This document shows positions 19,083-28,609 of a stretch of DNA of 63,399 bases, in pieces. The DNA is taken from assembly GCA_029210695.1 (NCBI GenBank), contig JARGFH010000015.1, positions 1 through 63,399 of the forward strand. The letters run 5' to 3'. The stretch comes from Acidimicrobiia bacterium. Its GTDB lineage: Bacteria; Actinomycetota; Acidimicrobiia; Spongiisociales; JAHEDJ01. Numbering within the stretch: position 1 is the stretch's first letter; every line of letters starts with the position of its first letter. The notes under the pieces are model-generated. The model did no database searches. It worked only from the letters and a program-made list of their open reading frames with translations, and had not been told where the DNA came from. The position numbers and the translations under genes are program-made.

Positions 19083-20033
19083 ATGTTGACCACCAACGAG
19101 CTTCAGGTTTTCCTTGCCGCAGCCGAGACCGAGAACTTCTCCGAGGCAGGTCGACGGCTGGGGGTGTCTCAGCCGGCCATCAGCATGCAGATCAAAGCGT
19201 TGGAGGATCGACTGGGCCTCGAGCTCTTCCAACGGTCGGGGCGCCACATCTCACTCTCTGAAGCGGGTCGAGCGCTCATTCCGATGGCCAGGGAGACAAT
19301 CGAGCGGGTGATCGGAATCGAAGAGACGATGGCTTCGCTCCAAGGAGAAGTCGTTGGTCTCCTCCGGTTGGCCTGCTCGACCACCGCCGGCAAGTACATA
19401 CTCCCGCCGCTGCTGGCGGGCCTCATGGCTCGACACCCACAGGTTGAGGTCGTGTGCCAGGTGACGCAGCGTGAGGCAGCGCTCGATACATTACGGAGGG
19501 GCGATGCCCATATCGCGCTGACGAGCCTGAGGATCCCGTTCAAGGATGTCGAGTACCGGCCTTTCCTGACCGACACCATCGTCCTGGTTGTGCCGCCGGA
19601 TCATCGGTGGGCAGTAGCCAAGAAGCCAATTCTTCCTGAGGATCTCGCCGAGGAGCATTTCATCGTCCGAGAATCGACATCGGGCACTCTCGATGCGGTC
19701 CGGCAGGGCCTCGAGTGGCACAATCTGAGCCTCGACCATCTCAACACGATCATGACGCTCGGGAATGCAGAAGCCATTCGTATGGCAGTGCAGGAGGGAA
19801 TCGGCGTCGCCTTCGTATCGGCCATGGTCGCACTCGAGGCGGTCGAAACGGGCAAGCTGGCCGTCGTCGAGGTCGAAGGGCTCGAACTGGAGAAGACACT
19901 GTATATGGCTCGCGATACCGACCGGCCCGCTACCAGGGCGCAAGCTGCATTCTGGGATTGGGCATTCGACCCGCAAAACGAACACATCAGGCGCAGACCA
20001 ACGCTTCGCGACGGGGCGCCGCTGGCTCTGTAA
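19083..20033 (+). CDS. LysR family regulator (CysL / selenium-metabolism-associated type)
   Basis: FSEAGRRLGVSQPAISMQIKALE HTH; RESTSGT and EAIRMAVQEGIGVAFVS. Confidence 0.92.
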   Translation: MLTTNELQVFLAAAETENFSEAGRRLGVSQPAISMQIKALEDRLGLELFQRSGRHISLSEAGRALIPMARETIERVIGIEETMASLQGEVVGLLRLACSTTAGKYILPPLLAGLMARHPQVEVVCQVTQREAALDTLRRGDAHIALTSLRIPFKDVEYRPFLTDTIVLVVPPDHRWAVAKKPILPEDLAEEHFIVRESTSGTLDAVRQGLEWHNLSLDHLNTIMTLGNAEAIRMAVQEGIGVAFVSAMVALEAVETGKLAVVEVEGLELEKTLYMARDTDRPATRAQAAFWDWAFDPQNEHIRRRPTLRDGAPLAL

Positions 20034-20098
20034 TTCGTATCGACAGAAGGAGCTCTACCGCATCCCGTCCCTGAGGACGGTGATGGCGGCAGGCTCAA

Positions 20099-20193
20099 TG
20101 GCGGAGGCGGACGGGAATCGAACCCGCCGGGGACCTTTCAGCCCCCCATCGGTTTTGAAGACCGTGGAGCCCACCAGGCGCTCGGTCGCCTCC
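20099..20193 (-). tRNA. selC: tRNA-Sec (anticodon UCA)
   Basis: 95 nt; GGAGGCG/CGCCTCC acceptor with G discriminator and CCA; CT-TCA-AA anticodon loop; long variable arm; GGTTCGATTCC T-loop. Confidence 0.95.
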
Positions 20194-20263
20194 GCACGGG
20201 AGAGTAGCGGTTCTTCGCGAAGAGTCACCCAGGCTCGCAGCCCGGGTAATCTGGTGTCAGTTC

Positions 20264-21274
20264 ATGTCGAGCCAACTCTCACTCGGTGATTTGATTCAGC
20301 GTCAGCGCGCAGCGTTGGGCCTGACCCAGGCGCGGCTGGCCGAACTCGTCGGCCGGTCCCCCTCGGCGGTTCGGAGCTGGGAGCGCGACCGCGGCGTTCC
20401 GGGAGACCAAGCAGCAATGGCTGCACTGACGGCGGTGCTGGGACTGACGAACGAAGAAGTTCAGAATGCCATTGGAGATCAGGAGGGGGCGGCTGCCGAC
20501 GAAGCCGTGGGACCTGCATTCATCCCTTTGATCGATGCGCCGCTCGATGAGCCCACCCGATCACCTTTGCCTCCGAAACGGACTGAGCTGTTTCCTCGTC
20601 GGGAACCGGTCGCGCACGACAGTCGCCCTCTTCCAGCCGATTTGCCCTTTGATGAGGAGGAGCCAGAGCCTTCGTTTGCGGAACTCACCGACGAGCAGGA
20701 ACCTTCTGTCGATCGGGTCGATTCTCCGACGGTGACCGAGCCGGTGGTCGGTCCCGATAGCGGCGACTCCCTGGAGACGGTTCATCCGCAGCAGCCGGAG
20801 CCTTCTGTCGATCGGGTCGATTCTCCGACGGTGACCGAGCCGGTGGTCGGTCCCGATAGCGGCGACTCCCTGGAGACGGTTCATCCGCAGCAGCCGGAAC
20901 CTTCTGTCGATCGGGTCGATTCTCCGACCGTGACCGATCCGGTGGTCGGGGTTGGGGTGCCCGAGCCTCCGGCATCGGCTCGCCCGCAGACACCGGCGCC
21001 GGGCGATGAGCAACTGGGACTGGAGACAGTGGTTGATCCTGTGGTCTCCGCCGCCCGGCCCGCCTCGAGGCCACCGACCGACCGTGCTTCGAGCGCCGTT
21101 TCTCTGCGGTCCAGGCCCACCTCGTATCTCGATGATCCAGAAGAGTTGCGAACATATCGAACGAGGATCATCTTGACCGCCGTCTTGCTGGTCTTCATGT
21201 TCATCGTGTTGACCTGGGCGGTCGGCGAAGCACGCGACGCATTCGGATTGATATTCGACGAACCGGCCCTTTGA
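20264..21274 (+). CDS. XRE-family HTH protein with a long disordered repeat linker and a C-terminal TM helix
   Basis: QRAALGLTQARLAELVGRSPSAVRSWERD HTH; Pro/acidic linker; IILTAVLLVFMFIVLTW TM. Confidence 0.82.
   Translation: MSSQLSLGDLIQRQRAALGLTQARLAELVGRSPSAVRSWERDRGVPGDQAAMAALTAVLGLTNEEVQNAIGDQEGAAADEAVGPAFIPLIDAPLDEPTRSPLPPKRTELFPRREPVAHDSRPLPADLPFDEEEPEPSFAELTDEQEPSVDRVDSPTVTEPVVGPDSGDSLETVHPQQPEPSVDRVDSPTVTEPVVGPDSGDSLETVHPQQPEPSVDRVDSPTVTDPVVGVGVPEPPASARPQTPAPGDEQLGLETVVDPVVSAARPASRPPTDRASSAVSLRSRPTSYLDDPEELRTYRTRIILTAVLLVFMFIVLTWAVGEARDAFGLIFDEPAL
20699..20949 (+). repeat. In-frame 99-bp tandem repeat (about 2.5 copies, 33 aa unit)
   Basis: EPSVDRVDSPTVTEPVVGPDSGDSLETVHPQQP units start at 20699, 20798 and 20897 and are nearly identical. 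Confidence 0.95.
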
Positions 21275-21482
21275 CCTCAGTTGAGGATGACCTTCACGGC
21301 CACGCCGAGCGAGCCAGGCCGGAGGTGATGAGTACTACGTCCTGAAGTGCTGCTCCATCGGCGGAGACCGCGAGGCGATGGCGATCTCGACGGGGGTGAG
21401 CGTCGGGCGAGTGTCGCAGCGGCGTATTGCGCCACCGAATCCCGGGTCCCCCTTTGACTTTGCCTCTTTGGCCCGGCCCTGA

Positions 21483-21722
21483 GAATTGAGAAGCGGGCCC
21501 CCGAGGGAGCCCGCTTCGCGAGATAAGACCAGAGACACTTCATGCGCCGCGAGAGGACCAGCTCGCGGATCTCTCAGTCCCGGTGGTCCGGGTTGGTGTC
21601 GCTACCGATAGCGAGGCGGTTTCCTCGCTGCAAGCGGCACCGATGGCCGCTTAGCGTCCGGCCACCTCCAGAGTCCTACAGAAACATTCACTCAAGTCGG
21701 ACCACCTCCTTTCTCTGGTAGC
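21483..21722 (-). ncRNA. Candidate structured RNA carrying an extended SD and a short ORF
   Basis: AGAAAGGAGGTGGTCC at 21714-21699; at least five hairpins; terminator-like hairpin at 21490-21517; no convincing downstream gene on this strand. Confidence 0.55.
21651..21695 (-). CDS. Putative 14-aa sORF MSECFCRTLEVAGR (TTG start)
   Basis: Perfect SD 8 nt upstream; the stop codon lies in a hairpin loop. Confidence 0.45.
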   Translation of the reverse strand: MSECFCRTLEVAGR

Positions 21723-21780
21723 AGAGATGCTGCCACACCTGAGGCGAAATGACCAGCACTTTTCCCGAGGCCGACTGCCA

Positions 21781-22935
21781 CTAGCTACCGCCGTGACCCA
21801 GGGCCTGATCGAGATCCTCGAGGAGATCATCGATGTGTTCGATCCCGACGGAGAGACGAATCAGATCGGCCGGCACCTCCAGTGCTGTGCCATCGACGGA
21901 GAGATGCGTCATCGCGGCGGGAACCTCGATGAGCGACTCCACCCCGCCCAGGCTCTCTGCCAGGAAGAAGAGCTTCGTGCTGCCGGCGATGCGCCTGGCT
22001 GCACTGATTCCGCCGGCTGGGATCAAAGAGATCATTCCGCCGCCGGCCTGCATCTGCCGGGCGGCGAGGTCGTGCTGCGGGTGAGATTCGAGGCCGGGAT
22101 AGAAGACGTCGACGACGCCCGGGTGCGATTCGAGAAAGCGGGCGATGCGGCCGGCATTTGCGCAGTGACGCTCCATGCGAACTGCCAGCGTCTTCAGACC
22201 CCGTAAGACGAGCCAGGCGTCGAACGGCCCTGCAATCGGTCCGGCGGCATTGATGAGGAACTTGAACCGGGCGAACAAGTCGGGATCTCGTGTAATGAGA
22301 GCCCCTCCGACGACGTCGGAATGGCCGCCCAGGTACTTCGTCGTCGAGTGCAGCACAACGTCGGCACCGAGGTCGAGCGGCCGCTGAAGGTAAGGGGTGG
22401 CGAAAGTGCTGTCAACGACGAACATCGCGTCGGCTTCTCGCGCAACCTCTCCCACCGCGGCGATGTCCACCAGTCTCAGCATGGGGTTGGTGGGAGTCTC
22501 CGCCCAGATCACCCGGGTCGTCGGACGGAGGGCCGTACGCACCAGGCGCTCGTCGGTCATGTCAACCGCCGACCACTCGATTCCTTGTTCGGCGAGAACC
22601 CTGGCGAAGAACCGGAACGTGCCCCCGTATGCGTCGTTGGGAAGGAGGACATGGTCACCCGGCCGGAGTGTGTAGCCGATGATGGAGGTGGCGCTCATTC
22701 CTGAAGAGGTCGCGATCGCCCCTCCGGGTTCGTCTTCCCCGATACCCTCGAGGGCGGCCAGGGCAACCTCGAGGGCCTGTCTGGTCGGATTGCCGGTGCG
22801 CGAATACTCGAACCCGCGATGTTCGCCCGGCGCATCCTGCACGTAGGTCGAGGTGGCGTAGACGGGGACTACCACGGCCCCGGTCGTGGGGTCCGGCTGC
22901 TGGCCAGCATGAATGGCATCAGTCTCGAATCGCAT
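21781..22935 (-). CDS. metB: Cystathionine gamma-lyase/synthase
   Basis: YSRTGNPT, ETPTNP, HSTTKYLGGHSD and AESLGGVESL. Confidence 0.93.
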   Translation of the reverse strand: MRFETDAIHAGQQPDPTTGAVVVPVYATSTYVQDAPGEHRGFEYSRTGNPTRQALEVALAALEGIGEDEPGGAIATSSGMSATSIIGYTLRPGDHVLLPNDAYGGTFRFFARVLAEQGIEWSAVDMTDERLVRTALRPTTRVIWAETPTNPMLRLVDIAAVGEVAREADAMFVVDSTFATPYLQRPLDLGADVVLHSTTKYLGGHSDVVGGALITRDPDLFARFKFLINAAGPIAGPFDAWLVLRGLKTLAVRMERHCANAGRIARFLESHPGVVDVFYPGLESHPQHDLAARQMQAGGGMISLIPAGGISAARRIAGSTKLFFLAESLGGVESLIEVPAAMTHLSVDGTALEVPADLIRLSVGIEHIDDLLEDLDQALGHGGS

Positions 22936-23888
22936 CAGTCCACCTCGTATCCATGTGTCCGCATCCAGTCATCGTTGAAAACCTTCGACAGATAGCCTCG
23001 CCCCGAATCGGGGAGAATCACGACCACCAATCGGTCCGGATATTCGACGGCGACCTCAATGGCCCCGTGAACCGCCATCCCGCCCGAACCCCCAACTAGT
23101 AGACCTTCCAGGCGGGCCAGGCGGCGGGTCATTGCGAAGGACTCGGCGTCGGTGACGATGCGGTACCCGTCGACGACGCCGGGGTCCAGGGTCTCCGGCC
23201 AGAAATCCTCGCCGACCCCCTCCACGTCGTACTGGTGAACCTGCGCCTCGGACGGCGCTGTGAAGATGGAGCCTGCGGGGTCGATTCCGATCACGAGGAC
23301 ATCCGGGTTCATCTCCTTGAGGAATCGACCCGCACCGGTGATGGTCCCGCCGGTCCCGACACCGGCCGCCAGCACACCTACCCGGCCATCCGTCTGTTCC
23401 CAGGTCTCCGGTCCGGTGGTCAGGTAGTGAGCCTGAGGATTGGCTGGATTCGTGTACTGATTCGGCGAGTAGGCGCCGGGAACCTCTTCAACGAGTCGGC
23501 GGGCAACCCCGTAGTACGAGTCGGGATCATCCGGAAGGAGTTCGGTCGGCGTCTCGATCACTTCGACACCGTACGCACGCAAAAGATCCTGCTTTTCCTT
23601 CGACACCTTGTCCGGCACCGTGCAGATGACCCGATACCCGCGCACTGCTCCGATGATGGCGAGCCCCACACCGGTGTTGCCGGAGGTCGGCTCGATGATA
23701 GTTCCTCCCGGTTCCAGGAGGCCGAGTTCCTCCGCGCGATCGATCATCGAGACGGCGATTCGTTCCTTGATCGATCCGCCCGGATTCATGTACTCGATCT
23801 TGCCGACGAGATTCCCGGGAGGATGGACGCGGGAGAGTCGAATCAGGGGAGTGTTGCCGATGGCGGCGGCGGCATTGTCGTGGATCAC
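22935..23888 (-). CDS. Cystathionine beta-synthase / cysteine synthase family PLP enzyme
   Basis: NPGGSIKER, EPTSGNTG, GTGGT, VEGVGEDF and DSGRGYLSK; coupled to metB by a TGATG overlap. Confidence 0.92.
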   Translation of the reverse strand: MIHDNAAAAIGNTPLIRLSRVHPPGNLVGKIEYMNPGGSIKERIAVSMIDRAEELGLLEPGGTIIEPTSGNTGVGLAIIGAVRGYRVICTVPDKVSKEKQDLLRAYGVEVIETPTELLPDDPDSYYGVARRLVEEVPGAYSPNQYTNPANPQAHYLTTGPETWEQTDGRVGVLAAGVGTGGTITGAGRFLKEMNPDVLVIGIDPAGSIFTAPSEAQVHQYDVEGVGEDFWPETLDPGVVDGYRIVTDAESFAMTRRLARLEGLLVGGSGGMAVHGAIEVAVEYPDRLVVVILPDSGRGYLSKVFNDDWMRTHGYEVD

Positions 23889-24505
23889 CCGGGCAGTGTA
23901 TTGCCGGAGGGTCCGTCGGGGGATTCACCGTGCCACTTCGGTTCTCGAACCGGGAGCGTGGACGTGTGTTCGGCGAATTCCTCAGCTCGCCGGTTATCCA
24001 GCCAGCCGCGGATGGGGACGGCCAGACAAATGATCAGGCCGGTGATCAGCGACAAGCCGCCCACGAATTCCACGAATGCTGCGAGTTCGTCGGCGACGGC
24101 GTAGTTGTTGAATTCGGTTGGGCCGAGCAGGAATGCCCAGTCGTGGTCGCCACCGATGAGCTGGAGGCGTTCGTAGGGTGCGTCGGCGATGTAGACGCTG
24201 GCATCCCAGGCCGACGTTCCTGCCCAGGCCAGCATCAGTCCTCCTGCAACTCGATCCGTGCGCCACCAGAGGAAGTAGGTGGCCAGGCCGAGGGGGACGG
24301 CGATCTGCGTGATGGATCCAAGGGCGGCGGTGAGTCGCTCGGAGATCGGGATTAGATAGCCGATTAGGTGGCCCAGTTCGTGGAATCCGAGGTCGACATT
24401 GCCGAGGAGCGGAACCCGCGTGCTGCGAACGAACGGGAAGAACGCCATCACGAGGATGACGGCTCCCGCGCTCAGCGGCCGCCAGAGGCGCTTCCAGTTG
24501 GTCAC
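23885..24505 (-). CDS. Membrane protein with an HExxH motif (M50-like intramembrane metalloprotease fold)
   Basis: FHELGH, YIADA and HDW motifs; TM helices; GTGA overlap with the CBS gene. Confidence 0.75.
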   Translation of the reverse strand: MTNWKRLWRPLSAGAVILVMAFFPFVRSTRVPLLGNVDLGFHELGHLIGYLIPISERLTAALGSITQIAVPLGLATYFLWWRTDRVAGGLMLAWAGTSAWDASVYIADAPYERLQLIGGDHDWAFLLGPTEFNNYAVADELAAFVEFVGGLSLITGLIICLAVPIRGWLDNRRAEEFAEHTSTLPVREPKWHGESPDGPSGNTLPG

Positions 24506-24596
24506 GGAGTAGGTATCGGTTCAGGAGTGCGGGAGCTTTTGGGTTTTCGTGGCGGGTCGACCGATACGTAACTCGCGACTCGCTACTCTCCGACTC

Positions 24597-25511
24597 ATGA
24601 CCCGATTCGCCAAGTTCGTCTGGGCCACTCTGGCCGTGAACATCGTGGTTGTTGTCTACGGGGCATACGTACGGGCAACCGGGTCGGGGGCAGGATGCGG
24701 ACCCTCGTGGCCCACCTGCAACGGGGAGGTCATTCCCGGCGGTCTCGAGGGTGCCAGGATGGTCGAGTTCACACACCGGGTGACTAGCGGGGCGGCGGCG
24801 CTCATGGTGGCCGCCATTGCCATCTGGGTGCTCCGCAACTACCCGCGAGGGAGCCAGATTCGCAAGGCTGCCTGGTGGTCGGGAATCTTCATGATCTCCG
24901 AGGCGCTGGTCGGAGCTGTGCTCGTGCTGGCCGAGTGGGTGGCAGATGATGCGTCGGCGGCACGAACGATCATGGTCCCGGTTCACCTCGTCAACACGTT
25001 CGCCTTGCTTGGTTCGCTGGCCGTGCTGGCCTGGCTGGCGTCCGGTCGCGGTCCGGTTCGCCCGGTGTTCAGGAACGGCCTGGCGGGCTACCTGGGTTTC
25101 GCTCTCTTAGGGGTGGTGGTTATTTCGGCAACCGGTGGGGTGACGGCGCTGGCTGACACACTGTTTCCCTCGGAATCGATCGCGGACGGGTTGTCGAGCG
25201 CACTTGGCGACGCCGAGCACTTTCTCACGAGGTTGCGCGTGATTCACCCGGTGGCCGCGGTGGCGATCGGCGCGTATACGGGCTGGATGGCGTGGACTTT
25301 CGGGGCGGATGCTTCGAAACAGCTCACGCACCGTCTGGCGCTTCTCATCATGGGTCTGGTGGCCGTGCAGTTCCTGGCCGGCATGGCGAACATCCTGTTG
25401 GGAACGCCGGTCTGGCTGCAGCTGACGCACCTGACGCTGGCCGACTTGTTGTGGCTGGCTCTGGTGTTCTTCGGTGCGTCCGCACTCGAGTCGGAGCCCG
25501 CCCCCGTCTGA
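24597..25511 (+). CDS. ctaA: Heme A synthase (COX15/CtaA)
   Basis: GAGCGPSWPTCNG, EFTHR and further conserved His residues; about eight TM segments. Confidence 0.9.
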   Translation: MTRFAKFVWATLAVNIVVVVYGAYVRATGSGAGCGPSWPTCNGEVIPGGLEGARMVEFTHRVTSGAAALMVAAIAIWVLRNYPRGSQIRKAAWWSGIFMISEALVGAVLVLAEWVADDASAARTIMVPVHLVNTFALLGSLAVLAWLASGRGPVRPVFRNGLAGYLGFALLGVVVISATGGVTALADTLFPSESIADGLSSALGDAEHFLTRLRVIHPVAAVAIGAYTGWMAWTFGADASKQLTHRLALLIMGLVAVQFLAGMANILLGTPVWLQLTHLTLADLLWLALVFFGASALESEPAPV

Positions 25512-25514
25512 GTT

Positions 25515-25621
25515 TTCTCCGCAATGCAATGGCGCGTGGCAATCCATAGCATTGCTGAGAATCCAGTCTGAGGTTTCTGCGCAATGCTATGGCGCGTGAC
25601 AGTTCACAGCATTGCTGAGAA
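25515..25621. repeat. REP-like palindrome doublet (TTCTCNGCAATGC...GCATTGCNGAGAA), 60-bp period
   Basis: Two copies between convergent genes; same family as 29228 and 45906. Confidence 0.85.
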
Positions 25622-25622
25622 T

Positions 25623-27647
25623 TCAGACGAGTTGGGTGCGTAGGGCGTCTGGATCCGATACAGGCAGCCGACACGCGAAACCCTCGCAGACGAAGGCAAG
25701 GGTCCCCGTCTCGGGGCCTCTATCACGCAAGAGGGGCACCGTCTCACCATCTCGTCCGGTCCGATCGAGCGCCAGTACCGCTCCGGGTCGGAACCCCTCC
25801 CACATGACCCGGCTCAGTTCGTCGGCCGCTGGCCCGACGATGGCCACTTCCAGCAGTCCTCTGTCCATCGACGTCAGCAGACTCAGCAAGTGGCCCACCG
25901 CGCTGGGGTATTGCTCCACGAGTGCTGCACTGTCACAGATCGCCCGCTCGGCTGCCTCCCGCAGATCTGCCTCACCGGTGTAGAGCGATAGCCACATGAG
26001 CGCCTCGGCGGCCAGCGATGTCCCGGATGGGACTGGGTTGTCCATCTGATCCCTGGGTCGGGTGATCAGGCGTTCCGCATCTGATCCTGTGGAATACAGC
26101 CGCCCATCGTCATCGGCGAAAAGCTGCAGCATCGATCGCGTTAGACGCTCGGCTTCCTCGTACCACTCAATTTCGCCGGTCGCCTGATAGAGGGTGAATA
26201 GCCCGATGGCATATCCGGCATAGTCGTCCAGGAAGCCTGGAATCCTGGCGTTGCCCTTGCCCCACGATCGGAGCAGTCGCCCGTCGGCGTTGCGCAACCT
26301 GTCCAGTACGAATCGAGCGTTCTGTCGCGCGTTGTCGAGGTACCGGGGCTCATCGAGGATGGCGCCCGCTTCCGCCAGCGCCCGCAACGCCAGACCGTTC
26401 CAGGCTGTGACCACCTTGTCATCGAGGCCCGGCCGGATCCGGGTCGCCCGGCGCTCATACAGTTGCTCCTTGGCAGTGGCGATGGCCGACGCGGCTTCCT
26501 CATTCGAGATCCCGAAGCGGATCGCCGTTTCCTCGAGAGTGAGCGTCTGCTGTAGGTGATTGGCGCCCTCGAAATTTCCATCACTCGTGACGCCGAAGTA
26601 TGTCCCTGCCACTGTCGCGCCGGTGCCGACCGCCGAGTCGAACTCCTCATCGGTCCAGACGTAGAACTTCCCCTCCACGCCCTCAGAATCGGCGTCCTCA
26701 GCGGAGAAGAGCCCACCGTCCGGATGTCGGAGGTCGCGCAGCAGGTACTCCAAAGTCTCGATCGCGGTGGCCCGGAAGCCGGCGCGGCCCGTCACCTGCC
26801 AGCCCCGCAAATACAAGCGAGCAAGTTGAGCGTTGTCGTAGAGCATCTTCTCGAAGTGAGGGATGCTCCAGTTGGCGTCTACGGAGTATCGCGAGAATCC
26901 GCCGCCGACGTGGTCGCGGAGGCCCCCGGCCGCCATCTTCTCCAGCGTGGTGCGGACCATCTCCTCCGCCCGTGGTGCCCAGGACCGGCCCGCCGCCCGC
27001 AACAAGAACTCGAGAACGGGCTGCTGGGGAAACTTCGGTGCACCTCCGAAGCCTCCGGCAACCGGATCGTACGCCGCCTCGATCTGGCGGTAGGCGGCTT
27101 CCAGCGCACTTCGCCCCGGGACGGATTCGGCCGCAGGCAGTTCGCGGGAGATGGATTCGGTGAGGTGGGCGGCCTGCTCTTCGATACCTTCCCGGCGCTC
27201 CGACCAGGCCTCAGCCACCGCTGCTATGACTCGTCGGAAGGACGGCATACCGTGGCGGTCGTCCGCCGGGTAGTAGGTCCCGGCGAAAAACGGCTTGCCG
27301 TCGGGCGTGAGCCAGACGGTCATCGGCCATCCACCTCGGCCGGTGGTCGCCTGCACGGCGTTCATGTAGATCCCATCGACGTCGGGTCGTTCTTCCCGGT
27401 CGACCTTGACGTTCACGAAGAGATCGTTCATGAGGGCCGCGGTCTCCGGGTTCTCAAACGACTCGTGCGCCATGACATGGCACCAATGGCAGGCGGAATA
27501 ACCGACCGAGAGGAGGACCGGCTTGTCGTGGAGGCGTGCATGTTCGAACGCTTCGTTTCCCCACGGGTACCAGTCGACCGGATTGTCCTGATGCTGGCGT
27601 AGGTACGGGGAAGTCTCGTCGGCAAGGCGGTTGGGCATGCCGGTCAC
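25623..27647 (-). CDS. Thioredoxin-domain protein of the YyaL/DUF255 family
   Basis: [26 protein letters not shown] and [11 protein letters not shown]. Confidence 0.93.
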   Translation of the reverse strand: MTGMPNRLADETSPYLRQHQDNPVDWYPWGNEAFEHARLHDKPVLLSVGYSACHWCHVMAHESFENPETAALMNDLFVNVKVDREERPDVDGIYMNAVQATTGRGGWPMTVWLTPDGKPFFAGTYYPADDRHGMPSFRRVIAAVAEAWSERREGIEEQAAHLTESISRELPAAESVPGRSALEAAYRQIEAAYDPVAGGFGGAPKFPQQPVLEFLLRAAGRSWAPRAEEMVRTTLEKMAAGGLRDHVGGGFSRYSVDANWSIPHFEKMLYDNAQLARLYLRGWQVTGRAGFRATAIETLEYLLRDLRHPDGGLFSAEDADSEGVEGKFYVWTDEEFDSAVGTGATVAGTYFGVTSDGNFEGANHLQQTLTLEETAIRFGISNEEAASAIATAKEQLYERRATRIRPGLDDKVVTAWNGLALRALAEAGAILDEPRYLDNARQNARFVLDRLRNADGRLLRSWGKGNARIPGFLDDYAGYAIGLFTLYQATGEIEWYEEAERLTRSMLQLFADDDGRLYSTGSDAERLITRPRDQMDNPVPSGTSLAAEALMWLSLYTGEADLREAAERAICDSAALVEQYPSAVGHLLSLLTSMDRGLLEVAIVGPAADELSRVMWEGFRPGAVLALDRTGRDGETVPLLRDRGPETGTLAFVCEGFACRLPVSDPDALRTQLV

Positions 27648-27677
27648 CGTAGCGACCGTTGCGGTTTGTGCAGGGGC

Positions 27678-28514
27678 TCAGCCGAGTTCGTCGCGCCAGG
27701 CGTGCCGTGGCGCATAGCCCAGCATGGCTCGCGCCTTCTCGATCGACAGCAGTGTCTCGGTGCCGTCCACCCGCCTGATCATGGGGACGTCGGGGAACAC
27801 CTGTGACATCAGGTCCATGCTCGATCGTTCCATGCACGTGTCGGCAGCTGCCACCAGGAAGTTGTCAGCCGTGGTCAGATCGGATTGGAGGGCTAGCCGG
27901 GCGGCCTGCGCAACGTCGCGGGCATCTACGTATCCCCAGAGATTCCACCTGCGAATCATCGGATCGTCCTGCCAATCCGGAAACCGCTGGTAGTCGTCGG
28001 GTTCCATGATGTTCGAGATGCGAAGGCCCAGATAGGGGATTCCGTGCCACCGGTTGAACTGGGCTGCGATGACCTCTCCGGCCAGCTTCGAGAGGGCATA
28101 GTGGAACTCGGGCAGGAGGGGATGCTCCTCATCGATGGGGGCGTATTCCGGGTCGCGCCGCTCGAAAGGGATGCCGATCAGGGTTTCGGACGATGCCCAG
28201 ACGACCTTCTCGAGTTCGAGTAGCGCGGCGGCAGTGAACACGTTGTACGTGCTCATCATGTTGATCCGGAAGGTTTCGCCGTCCGACAGGATATTGGGGG
28301 CGGGTATGGCGGCCAGATGGACCACGGCATCGGCGGCGCTCAATACCTCGATCGTCTGGCCGAGATCCGTGAGGTCGGCGACCAGGGTCGATGCATCTGG
28401 GTCGCGCGACGTGGCGATGTCAACATCGACGACCTTGTAACCCTGCTCGAGTAGATCGGCAACACAAGCTCTGCCTGCCTTTCCGCTGCCACCCGTCACC
28501 ACCACCGTGCGCAC
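27678..28514 (-). CDS. NAD-dependent epimerase/dehydratase
   Basis: TGGSGKAG, HLAAIP and YALSK. Confidence 0.92.
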   Translation of the reverse strand: MRTVVVTGGSGKAGRACVADLLEQGYKVVDVDIATSRDPDASTLVADLTDLGQTIEVLSAADAVVHLAAIPAPNILSDGETFRINMMSTYNVFTAAALLELEKVVWASSETLIGIPFERRDPEYAPIDEEHPLLPEFHYALSKLAGEVIAAQFNRWHGIPYLGLRISNIMEPDDYQRFPDWQDDPMIRRWNLWGYVDARDVAQAARLALQSDLTTADNFLVAAADTCMERSSMDLMSQVFPDVPMIRRVDGTETLLSIEKARAMLGYAPRHAWRDELG

Positions 28515-28609
28515 TGCGTCTCTCCTCGATTGGCTGCAATCGACTCTACGACAAGGGGCCGAGCGGTGGGCCCGGCGCTCCCGGGTGGGCGACGCGTAGG
28601 ATCGATGGG

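Noticed and set aside
17100..20098. Integrative island at the selC 3' end
   Set aside because: No integrase, and I found no direct repeat of the tRNA 3' end.
20699..20949. 99-bp repeats as CRISPR or a mobile element
   Set aside because: They are contiguous in-frame coding repeats with no spacers.
21277..21543. 88-aa and 67-aa minus-strand ORFs
   Set aside because: No recognisable motifs or SD, and they overlap a terminator-like hairpin.
21483..21780. SAM riboswitch or 16S rRNA remnant beside metB
   Set aside because: It lies downstream of metB, lacks SAM-I/IV core motifs, and the rRNA similarity is limited to the 16-nt tail.
25515..25621. 60-bp-period repeats as a CRISPR array
   Set aside because: Only two degenerate palindromic units per locus, ~13-bp linkers, dispersed copies and no cas genes; REP-like instead.
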